A stretch of DNA of 63,489 bases, filler included, from Intoshia linei (lineage: Eukaryota > Animalia > Orthonectida): assembly GCA_001642005.1 (NCBI GenBank). It is 6 parts of 6 records of this genome, joined end to end, with 100 filler letters (N's around TTAATTAATTAA, not from the genome) between each part and the next. Parts side by side here need not be neighbours in the genome. Positions count along the whole stretch, not along the records: positions 1 to 6,266 come from LWCA01001691.1; positions 6,367 to 25,276 come from LWCA01000764.1; 4 more parts are not named here. One strand, written 5' to 3'. The notes under the pieces are model-generated. The model saw only the letters and a program-made list of their open reading frames with translations, did not search any database and was not told the DNA's origin. How positions within the stretch are numbered: the first letter of the stretch is position 1; every line of letters begins with the position of its first letter. The position numbers and the translations under genes are program-made. This document shows positions 1-12,800 of the stretch, in pieces.

Positions 1-385
1 TACCTGTGTATTATACTTCCTCAAAATCCAGCTAGATTCAATAGAGATATAATATATTGGTTCTTCAATCATTTTGTGCCTGACTCCAGGACTCATTGTA
101 ACTCCATGGGATTGGATAACATTTGTAAAATCCTATTATTAATGGATCGATGTCCTGCCCATCCACCTATGCAATTTTTATTTTCTGATAACGTGGCTGT
201 ATTATACACTTCTTCAAATACAACATCATTACGACCAGGGTATAATTAAGTCGTTTAAATGTTCATACAATCAAAATTTCATTAAAAACTCTTGTTTCAT
301 GGCGTGTAACTGCAGTTATGAAAAATTATACTCTCAGAATGTGCCTTGATAATGCCTTTAAATCATGGCATGAGATTAATTTTAG
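1..385 (+). pseudogene. pogo/Tigger (DDE_1) transposase remnant
   Basis: Fragments PVYYTSSKS, WFFNHFVP, KILLLMDRCPAHPP and DQGIIKSFK, with stops and frameshifts; typical of the DDE_1 core. Confidence 0.75.
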
Positions 386-1217
386 TGTATAATAAATAAT
401 AATAAATACATAAGCACCCAACAAATATAAAACTATTTTTTATTGTGTGCTAAAATTTTTTAATTGCATTCTAGTGCGCCCAATTGAAAACATTGATCTA
501 ATGTATATTATAAGATATGTCGATTACAATAATACGAGAATTCAGGGGGTAATAAGTTTTGTAATAATAAGTTAAAAAAATAATCGATTGTTTGCAATTA
601 AACTTGTGAAAGAGACCTCTAATTCTATTAAAAATGAATATAAATTATTGGAGCTTTATACAGATAGTGATATCTTCAATATTTATGAAACAGGGTTAAA
701 CTTGAATTAGCTTCAATAACCATAAGTTTGAAAAAATTTTAAGGTGGTAAAGTAACAAATTGAGATAATGAATCCTGATCGAAATTTGAATATTTGTAGT
801 GTAAATTATGTTTTTCGTTAAATAGAATGAATAATCTTTCTTTACAAAAGCATTATTTAAATTAAATTCGTAAAAATTATTCACCAACAATTGCAAAATA
901 TAAATTGTATATTTTCAATAAAATGTTTATGTGTTACGATAGTGTACCAGTGCACCGTTAGTAGATAAAGACTAGTTTATTTTTATTTTCTACTAACGGT
1001 GCTTGACTGTACTTAACTTTCTGAAAAATAACATGATTTGAAATTTAAAGTTTAAATAAGATTTGTGCTTAACTTTAAATTTGATTATAGTAGTGTGCCT
1101 TTAAAAAAATTGAGGCGTAATTTGATGGGCACTGGTGTAAAAAAATATTGAATATTTAATTACTAAAAACATTAATATTTCGCATTTACTTTGGATGTAT
1201 GATCCGTTTGAGGAGTG

Positions 1218-2630
1218 ATGTACCTTGTGACTCAGATTTTTAAGTGTTTTTTAAATTTTGTATTTGTAACCATTACAAACCAAAATGGTGCGGTTTTAAT
1301 CAACTACTACTGTATTATAATGCAATATTGTGTACCACTATAATTATAGTGTGATTATTTTATACAATTAAGTACTATTATTTTCCTATTATCTTAATGA
1401 GTCTGAAGTCGAAAGCTATTTCATATTAATCAACAAAGTGATTTGTGGAAATTATCTTTCAGTAGATTATATGATACATTACGGTGATAATTCATTCGTT
1501 GAAAACTTTCTACCAAACATGTACAAGATTGCTTTATCCATAAAGACAGAAATTTATATCGTAAATAATTGCAAAGATTAAATTATATATTTTTTAGAAA
1601 TGTGAAAATATTTTGTCTGAATACTTGAAATTTTTTTCTGAAATTTTCACTAATCACACGGTAACATTGCAGTATTGTCCTAAAGATGTCATTATCCATA
1701 TAATGTCTATTTCCTTGTATATTATAAAAAATCCGCGTAAATATTTTTAATTTATTATCAAAACAGAAATTACACCTTACATATTTTCATTGTAGTGAAA
1801 CTAGTTTTATCGGAACAAAGTTTGAGTCGTACATTTTTATTATTTCTCCATGTTGAGATTGTCGTTATTAACCATTATTCATAATTTTAGTTGATTAATG
1901 TATTTATTAATATTTTACTTCGATCAAAGTGGGCATATAAATATTTATTCTTGTATTTCAACTTATTATATTATTTTTTCATTGATATGAATTTTTACAT
2001 TTAGGATATTTGTTAAGTCCACATTTTCATGAATATTTTTATTTTCTTCCGTAAGAAGTAAAACTTTACGGTTTAATACCACAAACTTTTGATTTAATAT
2101 TGTTAGCTACTATATAAATATTTGAACTACCGTACAGATACATATTTTACATACCTTTTTTGACTTCTTGAAGGATAATTATGGGCTTACAATTATATTT
2201 TTTTGTTCGCTAAAGGACCAGGATTGTTTATGTTTGTGGATGATTAAGGATTTATTTTGACTTGTTAACTACACCATAAAATATTATTTACATGTTAATC
2301 TATTTTTCACTTTTACTATAATATTTAATTTTTAGATTTAACCAAATCTGAAAAAAACTACACTATTATTACTGAAGCATTTAATTATCTTTACTGTTAC
2401 GATATATTTTATGAGGTTTGGTTTTACGGTACGTTTCAGAAAAGACCACCTATAATTGAACTTTTACACCAGAATGAAAAAATTTTAAATACCGTAATGA
2501 ATCTGTTTTATTTTTTCAATCTTTTTTTTAGATTTTGTTCAATTTACTCGATGCCATTATATTTAATAGCGTTGAAACACATTGGGCTTTTCCTCATTTA
2601 TTACTACCCTTAATTTTATGCAATGAACAG
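1218..2630 (+). CDS. Divergent exportin-7/RanBP17-like C-terminal region (partial gene or pseudogene)
   Basis: Exons about 1218-1329, 1373-1560, 1598-1736, 2336-2493 and 2532-2630 join in frame, including 37- and 38-nt GT-AG introns. Peptides NQNGAVLI, ICGNYLSVDYMIHYGDNSF, SEYLKFFSEIFTNH and ILFNLLDAIIFNSVETHWAFPHLLLPLILCNEQ are colinear with XPO7 SPNGILLF, LSGSYVNFGVFRLYGDDAL, QSYYSLLEVLTQDH and [33 protein letters not shown]. Neither end was found and the first intron is uncertain. Confidence 0.55.
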
Positions 2631-3059
2631 GTTATTATTTAACGCTAATATTAATATTATGATCGGTCCAGTCAAGGTAACTACCAAGTGTATATCTCTT
2701 AAATTCTGTTCGTATTCTTACGGTTGTTCATAAGAATCTTTCAAAGCTTTTTTGAGTAGTAGTTAGCAAGAACATGTCCAATTTAATTATTTTGATATAA
2801 AAGTATGGCAAAAAAAACGCATATAGTAAAAGTTAGCTATTTCGTAGAATCAATTAAAAAATTACTTTACTACTTGTATAAAGTTACTAGAAAAATACGT
2901 ACTATTACTTTTAGTTTATTTGGATTAAATTTTAAGCCGAAAATTTTTATTCGTCATTATAGATAAGTAGTTTTGGCTTTATTGTTAATTATTGAAGAGC
3001 AATGTAATACAATTTTTCCATGTCGAAAATGACGAAGGGTGTGTTGCGATAATAGTATT

Positions 3060-3480
3060 AAAGCATAGTAATTAAGCAAAAAGTCATTTTAAGGGATGGG
3101 TATATTGATGATAGGTGTTTATTTGAAAAAAATACCCGTGAAGTGAGATCGATTATTGGAAAATGTAATTTGGTTCGATAGCAAGCAATATCTTCATAGA
3201 AAAAAAGGAAGGCGATTGAATTAAAAAAAATATGTTAAACCGTAAAATTTGTATGATTAACTTAATAATTTTGGTCTGTTTCAGTCAGTTTAAGATTCGG
3301 AATCGGTAAAATATAAATAATTGAAAGAAATATGGATGGATTAAAATATATAAAAATTATCAATCAACAGTTAATGATATCGACTCTAAAAATTGAAACA
3401 ACGGACAATTCTAACAATCATCTAACAAGATAATGATCCTAAACAGAATACTATAATAACAAAATTTTAAATATCTGAAA
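3060..3480 (+). pseudogene. Tc1-family transposase remnant
   Basis: Degenerate YWKxVIWFD, GIGKIxIIERNMDGLKYIKII and QDNDPK motifs with many stops. Confidence 0.65.
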
Positions 3481-3726
3481 AGTGTAATTTAAAAAGCGAT
3501 CTTTATGACAGATATGACAAAAAATATGAATATATTACTTAAAAAAAATCTATTTGGCACCTCCACAAATTTAATAAACTTAATTTCGATTTTTTTAATA
3601 TTAGAGAACGTGAGTTTTTGAACGGAATTAATAATAAATAAAAATTAATAAAAATACAACAGATCATGAACAGAGGTCCTGGATTTCTTTACAAGATACA
3701 GGATCGGAGATAATTAAATCAAAATT

Positions 3727-4430
3727 TCATTTATTCGGATTTGGGCAGAATCAAGCCAGATGTTTTGAACTTCCGCAGCGGTTACAGAGTTTTAAATCGG
3801 AGGATGATTTGCATTGAGGTTTTGTATGACCTTTTTCGCCACATTTGTAACAGAAGACAGATTTTCGAGAAATTTGAACAGACTTAATTTCTCCAATAAC
3901 AGGTTCGGTTATTTCAGAGGTATTACCTTTTACGAAACGTGTACGTCGTAATTCGGGTGTAGATAATTTTTGTAACAGAAATTGTTCGGATAAAGCAGAG
4001 CACGATTTTTCAGAGAGATCAGAATAACTATCGAGTAAGAGACATTGTATCTCTTGTAAAATAGACTTTACCTTTCCGGAAGTTAGCTGCAGAGAAAGAA
4101 TTTTGACGAAATTTTCGTCGATTTTGTCAGACTTTGAAATGGGCAGTGTGTTCTGTCCATAATGACCAGAATTTTTCCACTTTATTGGAAATCTCGGACG
4201 TTGGTTTCAGACTAGTTTCGAAAATTAACGACAATTTACGAAGGCAGACAAATTTTTCAAATTTTCAATTGAGTAGCAGAATCCAAGTGAATAAATCGTT
4301 CCAATTAGAAAATTGCTATCTGAACAGATGTGGATCCGATTTGGCGTATATTTTCAACTCCCAGATAACGGATGTGTCAACATTCTTCGATGACGATTTG
4401 TCCGATTTCTCAACAGATTGTGATTTCATA
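3727..4430 (-). pseudogene. Retroelement gag-like ORF with two CCHC zinc knuckles
   Basis: A frame open for about 110 codons ends in CYKCGEKGHTKPQC (3811-3852) and CNRCGSSKHLA*FC (TGA at 3751-3753), with a stop at 3727-3729. The region is GC-richer than its flanks and the upstream part is frameshifted. Confidence 0.75.
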
Positions 4431-4741
4431 AAAATCGATAATAAAATTTTAAAATAAAAATGCAAAAATCTCGTGTGAGCAACAACAAAATTAAAAAAAA
4501 TCAACTTCAATTTTGTTTTTGTTTTTTTTTTAAAAATAATGAAGTTTATCGCATGAAACAGAATAACTTGGTTTCCAAAGTTCTTCAGAAATATTTTTGT
4601 AGTAGCGAAAGTCAGATTATCCAAAATAGAAATTGAAACAAACAAACCAAATAACAAACAGATTTCAACAACATATAATCCTATCAAGAAAAGCTACTAC
4701 AGAGATTATCGCCAAATAATGATAATAATTAATGATAAATT

Positions 4742-6266
4742 TCAGTACAGATGAAAGTCTGAATATTTATCAGGAATTTTCCGCACACGTGCCGGACGTT
4801 TGTAATTATTCGGAAACATCATATAACAGTTGTGAATATGGACGTTGGATAGAGTCACTTAAATCTTCAGAATATGCAATATCAGAATCAGATGAATTCA
4901 ATTGGTCTTGACGAATATATGGATTATCCAACTTATTAACCCTCCAATGATTTATACCAAAATTTTTCTCATGATACAAAACAGATTTGGGAGTTTTATC
5001 GTAATTGCGTTTAGTACGCAACATATATGGAACTCAATTTTTCCTGGCTTTTTGAACAGAAATTGAACGGGTTTCATCTGCTGAACCTATATCAACAGGA
5101 GTCGGTAAACTCTTCCTAACAAAATAGATGCAGGGGATACACCAGTGGCTTGACTTACTATGGTTCTAAGACTCGATAAGATGCGTGGTAATAATGTATC
5201 CCATTCTGTATCACCAGAATGCAGATTGGCACGGATCAGATTTTTAATGGTGCGATTATTTCGTTCAACTAGCCCAACACCTTGATGGTAATAAGGCCTA
5301 GTTACAGATTTCTTAATATTCAATAAATTACAGAGGTTTTTAATCACATTACTTTCGAATTGAGTGCCTTGATCGGTATGAATCTATTTCGGTGGACCAT
5401 ACATGGATAGCACATTCCAGTTTAATGCAGAGGCTACAGATTCAGCAGAAATATCGGATAAAGGGGCACATTCCACCTATTTAGAGAAATGATTCACCAT
5501 AACTAAAATATATCGGTGACCCGAAGACGTTTCTGGCAAAGGACCCGTTATGTCTAACTGCCATAAATTGTTAAATGCCTTAACCTTGACAGGCCGCAAA
5601 GGTCGAGGGTGTGTTGGGCGGCCGTCTTTGGCAACATTTTACGCTTCACAGTGTTTAATGTAATCATTAACGTCAGATGCCATGTGCGGCGACCAACAAC
5701 GGGCTTTTAAGTAACTCAAGGTCTTTTAATGCTCACATGAGTCAACTCAATATCATGAATATATTTCAGAATAGAAGCACGACATTTTACCGGAATAACC
5801 ACAGACTTATGATCGCGTGTATAATGATATAATGTATTATTATCGACAGATAATTCAGAGACATGCCTCCAATAAGGGTTGGCTGTACAACGTATTTTGT
5901 CCGAACAAATTGAAGGATCAGATTTTTGATCTTTAGTAACGTCTAAAGCAGAAGCTGGGCAAATGTAAGTATTCACAGAAGTGCAGAGACGAGATAACGC
6001 GTCCGGTACTGTTATTTTTCCCGTTAATATACTCAATAGTGTAATCAAATTTTTCTAACATAGAGATCTATCGAAATTTCATATTAGACAATTTCGGAGA
6101 ATCGCGCAAAGTTTTGAGTGGATTATGATCAGATTTTATAACAAAATGCCGACCCTGAAGATAATAAAGGAACTGTTTGGATCGCCTAGATGACAGCCAG
6201 GCATGCTCGATCAATAACAGAATAACGTCGCTGATGTATATTAAAAGCTTTACTAGCAAATTCGAC
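4742..6266 (-). mobile_element. Ty3/Gypsy pol remnant (RNase H end, zinc finger, integrase)
   Basis: Motifs YYLQGRHFVIKSDHNPL, PDALSRL, WQLDITGPLPETSSGHRYILVMVNHFSK*, IHTDQGTQFES, PYYHQGVGLVERNNRTI and C-terminal RPARVRKIPDKYSDF; in-frame stops and frameshifts; cut off by the gap. Confidence 0.92.
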
Positions 6267-6366
6267 NNNNNNNNNNNNNNNNNNNNNNNNNNNNNNNNNN
6301 NNNNNNNNNNTTAATTAATTAANNNNNNNNNNNNNNNNNNNNNNNNNNNNNNNNNNNNNNNNNNNN
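6267..6366. other. Artificial assembly spacer N44-TTAATTAATTAA-N44 (also 25277-25376, 37015-37114, 53291-53390, 61262-61361)
   Basis: Five identical 100-nt blocks; the 12-mer puts stop codons in all six frames. Confidence 0.97.
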
Positions 6367-6735
6367 TACAACTCTACCACCTGTAAATTTTTTTAAATTC
6401 TAGGGCTGTTTTCAAAAAAAGGAAGGGAAGTTGGGGTTTTGGCCATGAAGATATAATTTTTTTAAATTTAAATTTATGATAATGTTTATGATTTTAAAAT
6501 CCGGCATCAGCGTATATATTTTTGGGAGGTTGAAATATATCTTAATATACGTCCCGAAAAAAACTGTAATTGAAATGTGGTCTTTAAAAAATTTTAAAAC
6601 GGGTAGTTATTTAAATAAAGCTGAACACACACAAACAAAAATCGCGTCACATTTTATATAAGTTAGGATATACCAGACTAGCTTGACTGTTATGTACTTT
6701 GTACAAACAGCATCTGAGCTCTGCGAGGGCAAACG
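6367..6735 (-). mobile_element. Non-autonomous Helitron pieces: 5' half (6367-6668) next to the 3' end of another copy (from 6678)
   Basis: Similar to the full copy at 18460-18996; 5' terminus A|TCCTAACTTATATAA at 6668; hairpin plus CTAG|T at 6678-6730. Confidence 0.7.
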
Positions 6736-6847
6736 AAAAAGTCATTGGTGAGCAAAATGGCATTTTTTAATAAAAAGTATACACCCTATTTCCCATTTTT
6801 ATTTTTATAATTGAATTTTTTTCTTTTTAAATATAGATTTTATATAG

Positions 6848-9800
6848 GTTGATTGCACCGTTCATGCTAAAACTTGTGGTGATTACGATGTTAAGGGATA
6901 TCCTACTGTTAAAATTTACAAAGAATCTGAATTTTTGATTGATTATGATGGAGAGAGAACTGCGTGTAATTTATTAATGTTTGGGTTTTCAGCTTTTTAG
7001 CTGATATCAACGGATCCACTCAGTGGCGAATCTAGGATTTTCAGGGAGGGGCGGCGAAATAATTATAATTATTAAGGGGCCAAAATCATATAATGTATTT
7101 AAATTAGAATTTTTATATTATTTTTTTTCTTGTAGTTTTCATTCTACTAAATTTTTCAACAACTGCATCAAAATAATTATTTTCGGCAAGTACTTTTTTG
7201 ATTGTCAACAACGTAAACTGTGTGTACAATGTTAACTTAAACTGTTGTTACTGCCATAAAAAATAATAAGCAAATTAAAATATTTTAGGTCACATATGTC
7301 ACACCTCCCCATGACCCTTTACTGGATCCATTGATATTATTGCTATATCAGAAATTGTAAATATTAGTTATTTTTGATTTATTTTGCATATAATTCATTA
7401 TATTTTAATTTTTTTTAATAAAATAGTTTTGAAGTAAAAAAAATCAATATTAAAGTAATTTTTGACCATGAAGGCGTCACTTTATCAGATTGAAATTTTC
7501 TGTGTGTGTTAACAGGATATAACTGTATCATCTATAATTTTTTTAAAATTCTAGGGCTCTTTTGATAATTTAAAAAAAAGATAATATGTGGTTTTGATCG
7601 TGAAAATAAACTTTTTTGAGGTTGGCATTTATGATAATGTTTATGTTTTAAAAAATATTCCAGAATTTTTTTAATACTCAATTCAGAAAACTAATGCCTT
7701 ACCTCGAAGAGGGTCACAGGTAGCGTAGATTTGGCCCTGATTAGATTAACAATTTTTAATGGCAAGATTATTTAAAATTGAAGAAAATTAAAATTAAATG
7801 GCTAAAACCAGGGGCGGATGCAAGAGGTTAGTTAATGGGTGCGAGCGAAGCAAGCAATATATTTTAGGGCGTCTAGTTTGATTTTAAAACGTCTCTTTTA
7901 ATTTCATTTAAAGGTTGTTATACAATAGTTTCCAAATTTGTATTTTTTCGCAAAAATAAAAAAAATGATCAGCACAAAACAAAGAGAAATAAATTTTTTT
8001 CATTAAATAATCCTAAATCAATTAGGTCCAGTCTTTTTGGATTAAGTATTGCAAATTCATTAACTAAACTTTCAATGTAAAAATTATAATCATAGTACCA
8101 ATTCATGAGGGCCAGTCCACATAACAAAAGGCCTCAAGTCACATGATCAATTGGTCATGTAATGACATGTAATGTTGTGCGCCATCTATATTGTTTTAAT
8201 AAATTAAAAAAATTTTTAAATTTCGGAAGTGCAACTACACCTTCTGCACCCCTTGAATCCGCCCCTGAAAACAGATGAGTTAATTTTAAAATAAGGTAAA
8301 CATACGTTTATTTATATAAAATTTTAAAAACTATTTTGACATTTTAATTGGAGCCTGCGAGTTCATTAATCAATAAAAATAATTTTCTTCAACGAACTAA
8401 ACACTTTAAATGAATATAAGCATCAAATTATTGCTGAGCGGCATTGTATTTAAGATACTGTTGACACTCTACTGTGGAGTGCAAAGCAACTGTATAACTT
8501 TTATATTGAGACATGTAATATTTGGAAAAGATTGAGAAACTAGGTTTATTACCATTTGTTTCATTTTTTATCTAATGTAATTTATTTTAGCTGGTGTGGA
8601 AAAGAAAATGCTCAGTTATGCTGAAACCGCTGTACCATTTATCACTAGTGTTGATTCGTTAGATAAATTTATTGATCAAGCCCAACAACCCATTGTTGTT
8701 GGTAATTTTGATTTATTTAATACGAAAATGTATTCTTTTTTTTCATTGGTGTATGGGGAAATTGTTATGTGTTTAGTTTTTTATATTGTTTATAAACCAG
8801 GAGTTTCAATGCAAGTGTGTATGCAGAGACGAACAACGAACTACCCAGCCCGAGGCCGCCGAAACATAAAAATAGGGCCTCAAAATACACAAACGATTCC
8901 TAGTATCATATAGCCATAACCCTCACTTTAAGCCTCTTGAGTTAAATTTTTAAATTTAACACACAAAATAGTTATGAAATTCAAGAATATCATTTTTACA
9001 ATTATTTTTTCGATCACCCGAAGAGGTATCGGATACGGTAGGTATAATACTACTTGTACCAATGAAATTGCCATAATGTATAAAACCAAATTGTTTCAAA
9101 CCAAAAGTTGTTAAATGTCTTGTTTTTAATTTAAAATTTTTCGAATTAGAATATTTGAACTGGTATGACCCGTATCGGTCGTATCTCAGATAATTTTATC
9201 CATTTTATTTTAAATAAAATGTAGCATACTTTGACAATGATGATTTACTCCAGGCATACACATCAACTGCAGAATTTTTAATTGGCGATTTACCTATGGT
9301 TTATGTAAAAGATCAGGAATTGAAAGACAATGTTGCTAAAAGAGCTTCTGATTGTTCTGGAGTTAGGTATATTTTAGAATTTATAATGCATAGAATTACA
9401 TCTTTTCATAAAATTTGATTCGATATACGATATACTGCACCTACAGAGTCCGAAGCCACTGAAAAAATTTCCAAAATTATGTTCAATAAGGTGTCTCAAA
9501 AAAAATGAAAAATTATATTTTTGAACATCCTTGGGAATAATAGTGATCAAGTATAAAAAAATGATATTTCCAAAATATTAATGCATTTCAACGAATATTG
9601 AAGATAGTCTTACCATTTAAAGTTTTCTATATATACTGTATATTACAAAATTAAAACTGAACTTTTTTAACGGAAATTGGCGTTTGAGCTTTTAAACGTT
9701 GTACCAACTTCATAATATTGTTCTTCATGTTTAGTTATACTGTTTATTTTTAAAAATTAGTTTATAGCTCAATTTTTTTGGGTTGTATTAACGATTTAAT

Positions 9801-12800
9801 TTCTCGAATTGTGGCTATTTACATTATTTAAATTTTATTCAAACAAAAAATAAAATCCAAAAAAATTGAGATAGAAACAAATTTAAAAAAATAAATCAAA
9901 TCGGTATCAATTTGCAAATTGCCTGGATTTCCAAACTGCCTGTAACATATATAAAGAAAACTTTAAATGGTCAGGCTAACTTCACCGTTAAGAGTTGACC
10001 GCAAATATTTTACAATATTTATTATTTTAGTAATACTATAATTTTAAGCCCTAAAGATATTTTTTCTAAATACCCATGAGACACTTTAATGTTCAATCAT
10101 ACATTTTTTTTAAAAAACAATTTGGATAAGAAAATTTTTAAGGTTGTGTACTAAATAACTAGCGTGACGGTTATATACTTTGTATAAACAGTAGCTAGCT
10201 ATGCCATGAGCTAGCTTTTTTCTATTGTTCGCACGAGCAAATAACAAAATGTATATATTATTGCTCATCAGTAACTCCTTACTGAAAAGAATTTGCATGG
10301 AAAAGCTTCAAATTTAATAAATAAAATTGGTATAAAGTTTATACTATAACCAGGGATGCCCAACCTGTCGATCGCCAAAATTAGAATTAATTTTTTATTA
10401 ATTTATTGTAATATTGATAAAATTTAATTTTATTTGTATCTTGTTAAAAAGTAGTTAATTATATGTAGAGTGGGTAACGGAACTATATTTATTTAGCCCC
10501 TTCTCTAGCAATATTATTATATGATATACATGTTAAATGTACTTGCTACATTACATTATAATATTTTGATTAGTCCACTATTTCTTATATTAGGTTTGAC
10601 CGGTAATTTTCAAATATACAGCAAAATTGCATCGAATTATTCCGCGTTTTAATTTTTATGTTTTCTACGATCATCCTTTTTAATTGTTAGCATAGGTTCA
10701 GATCAGAAACATTTTTCTAGTCAATATATTAGTCGATCGCATCAAAAAAAGGTTGGGCATCCCTGCTATAAACAATTAAATCTGATGTAATGTAAATGGT
10801 ATATAGCTCTTTTTCAGTGATGCTCTTTGTTTCCCCCATTCGCTGACGATTTAGTCTAGTAATTAATGATAAAACCAATTTTCTTATGCATGTATTTATA
10901 TCTGTTAATAATTAATGGCATTTATGCAATGAGTGAGTTTATAAATTAGAATAAATTTTTTTTAAATTTCACTTACGTAATATGATATGCAAAGACTGAA
11001 AGAGTTAATACAGCTTATTTTACCCATATTATTAAACATGCGCCCCCTGTAGAGCTAGCTGCTTTTTCTATGAAGTAACCCTAAAACAGACAATCTTGTA
11101 TACTACACTAGACAACAAAAAAATATTTTTTTTCTTGCATCAAATACATTTTTATACTTTCTTGTAGACCACAATGAAAAAAATATTTTTACATGATTTT
11201 TGTACTTCAGATATGTCGCATTAATTAATTATTGGCAATATAAATTTAAATTAAACCTAATAAAATAAATAATATTCATATTGGATTTACGGTTTTTCCA
11301 TATATTTGGGAAAAATCCCTATTTATGGATCAAAAAATGGCTAATAAATATTTGGAATATTTATATTTAGTATATATGTATGATAATTCGATAGCAAAAT
11401 AATATAATATATAACTAAAAATTAATATTTTGGACTAATTAACCCTCAATATTAATGTCAGTTTCTTGCGTCATATATGTAATGTATACAATAAATAGAC
11501 CACAATTGAGCGCATTAAAGGATGTATATGGTTATATGCAGCTCTGTCTAACTTTTGAATAGAAGTAGATATAAGTTTCAAAATAAATAAATAAATACAA
11601 CATATATACAAAAAATAAGCTAATTAATATTTTTAATTGTCCACAAATAATCGCCAAGAATTCTTTGGTGATTCAATCCATGAAACCGCTTTTCAAAAAT
11701 TTTTATAGTTTGATGAAAACGTTCACCGTGTTCATCACTTACGGTTATGCAATTTATAGGTAATCTATCACTATGAATTTCTATGAGGTGTATTTTGGAA
11801 CTATAGAGGCAGCCCATTTTTTGATGATTTGAAAAAAGTTTTTAGTAAATTATTAATTTTTTAATTTGATTTTTGTGAGGCTCCAAATATTAAAACAAAT
11901 ACTGCGGTTGTAGGTTTGTATTTCTCTTGCATCAATTTATTAGTTGTCAGAAAAGCATTGCATTATTTAAAAAATTAATACAATCAAGTACGAATAAAAC
12001 TTTATATCAGTATTTTTCTATAGAAATAAAGATTAATCCATTTAATTGGGTTTTTCGCTAATAATTTCTAAAATTGATATGATCGAATCATAAGATGTAT
12101 ATCATCATGATGACATTTAAATTCTCATTCTTTTAATGTATAAATTTTATTGACTCATTTTTTTGTGTAGTCTAGTCTAGTGTTATTTGTCGAATATTTT
12201 TATTTTTAAAAGACTTTTTGGCTGTGATAGCCTCATCGTTCAATCTGTTAAAAATTACATGTTAATTTTGTTTAATTTAGTTGTATTGTCATTTTCGACC
12301 CAAAAAATTATCAAACAAAATTTGAAAAATCAATTCGTGTCTACACTGGAAAAGTAGCAGAAATTGAAATGAAAAAAGAATTACCCAAAATTGCGTATTT
12401 TTTCTATAAAAATATTTTCATTATTGTATAGATGCGGTCTTGCAGGTTTTCGAACAATGATGAATGAAAAACACATTGCTCAACCAATGTTTACATTTTA
12501 CGTTGATGTTGATTTTAAACACAACATGGCCTATATCGGATATTATCGAAATCGGTTATTTAAAATTGCTAAAAAATTAAAAATTAAATATTCTGATATC
12601 AATTTTGTATTATCCGATAAAAGGGAATTTTCTGATGAATTAAGTGAAATTAATGTTGAAGGTCTTAATGCCAATGATGCGAAAGCCATTTTCCGAAAAG
12701 ATTTGAAAAAATATGTTTACTCCGATAAAATTAGGTAAAAATTATCTTACAATATATCAATTTACTCCGTTTATTGTTCAGTTTGTGTAGATTTATGTTC

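Noticed and set aside
500-1310. FLYWCH/MULE remnant on the minus strand
   Set aside because: Only a vague LVCNGYKY similarity; the plus strand of 1218-1329 is better explained by the exportin-like exon.
2005-2170. Extra XPO7-like exon, or stop-codon reassignment
   Set aside because: It has several in-frame stops, exon 1736 joins 2336 in phase without it, and intact genes here end in TAA, TAG and TGA.
4134-4687. ORF-track ORFs 4134-4457(+) and 4316-4687(-) as host genes
   Set aside because: They are the antisense or 5' part of the decayed gag region.
6311-6322. TTAATTAATTAA as a biological repeat or homeodomain site
   Set aside because: It is always centred in exactly 44+44 Ns, so it is an assembly linker.
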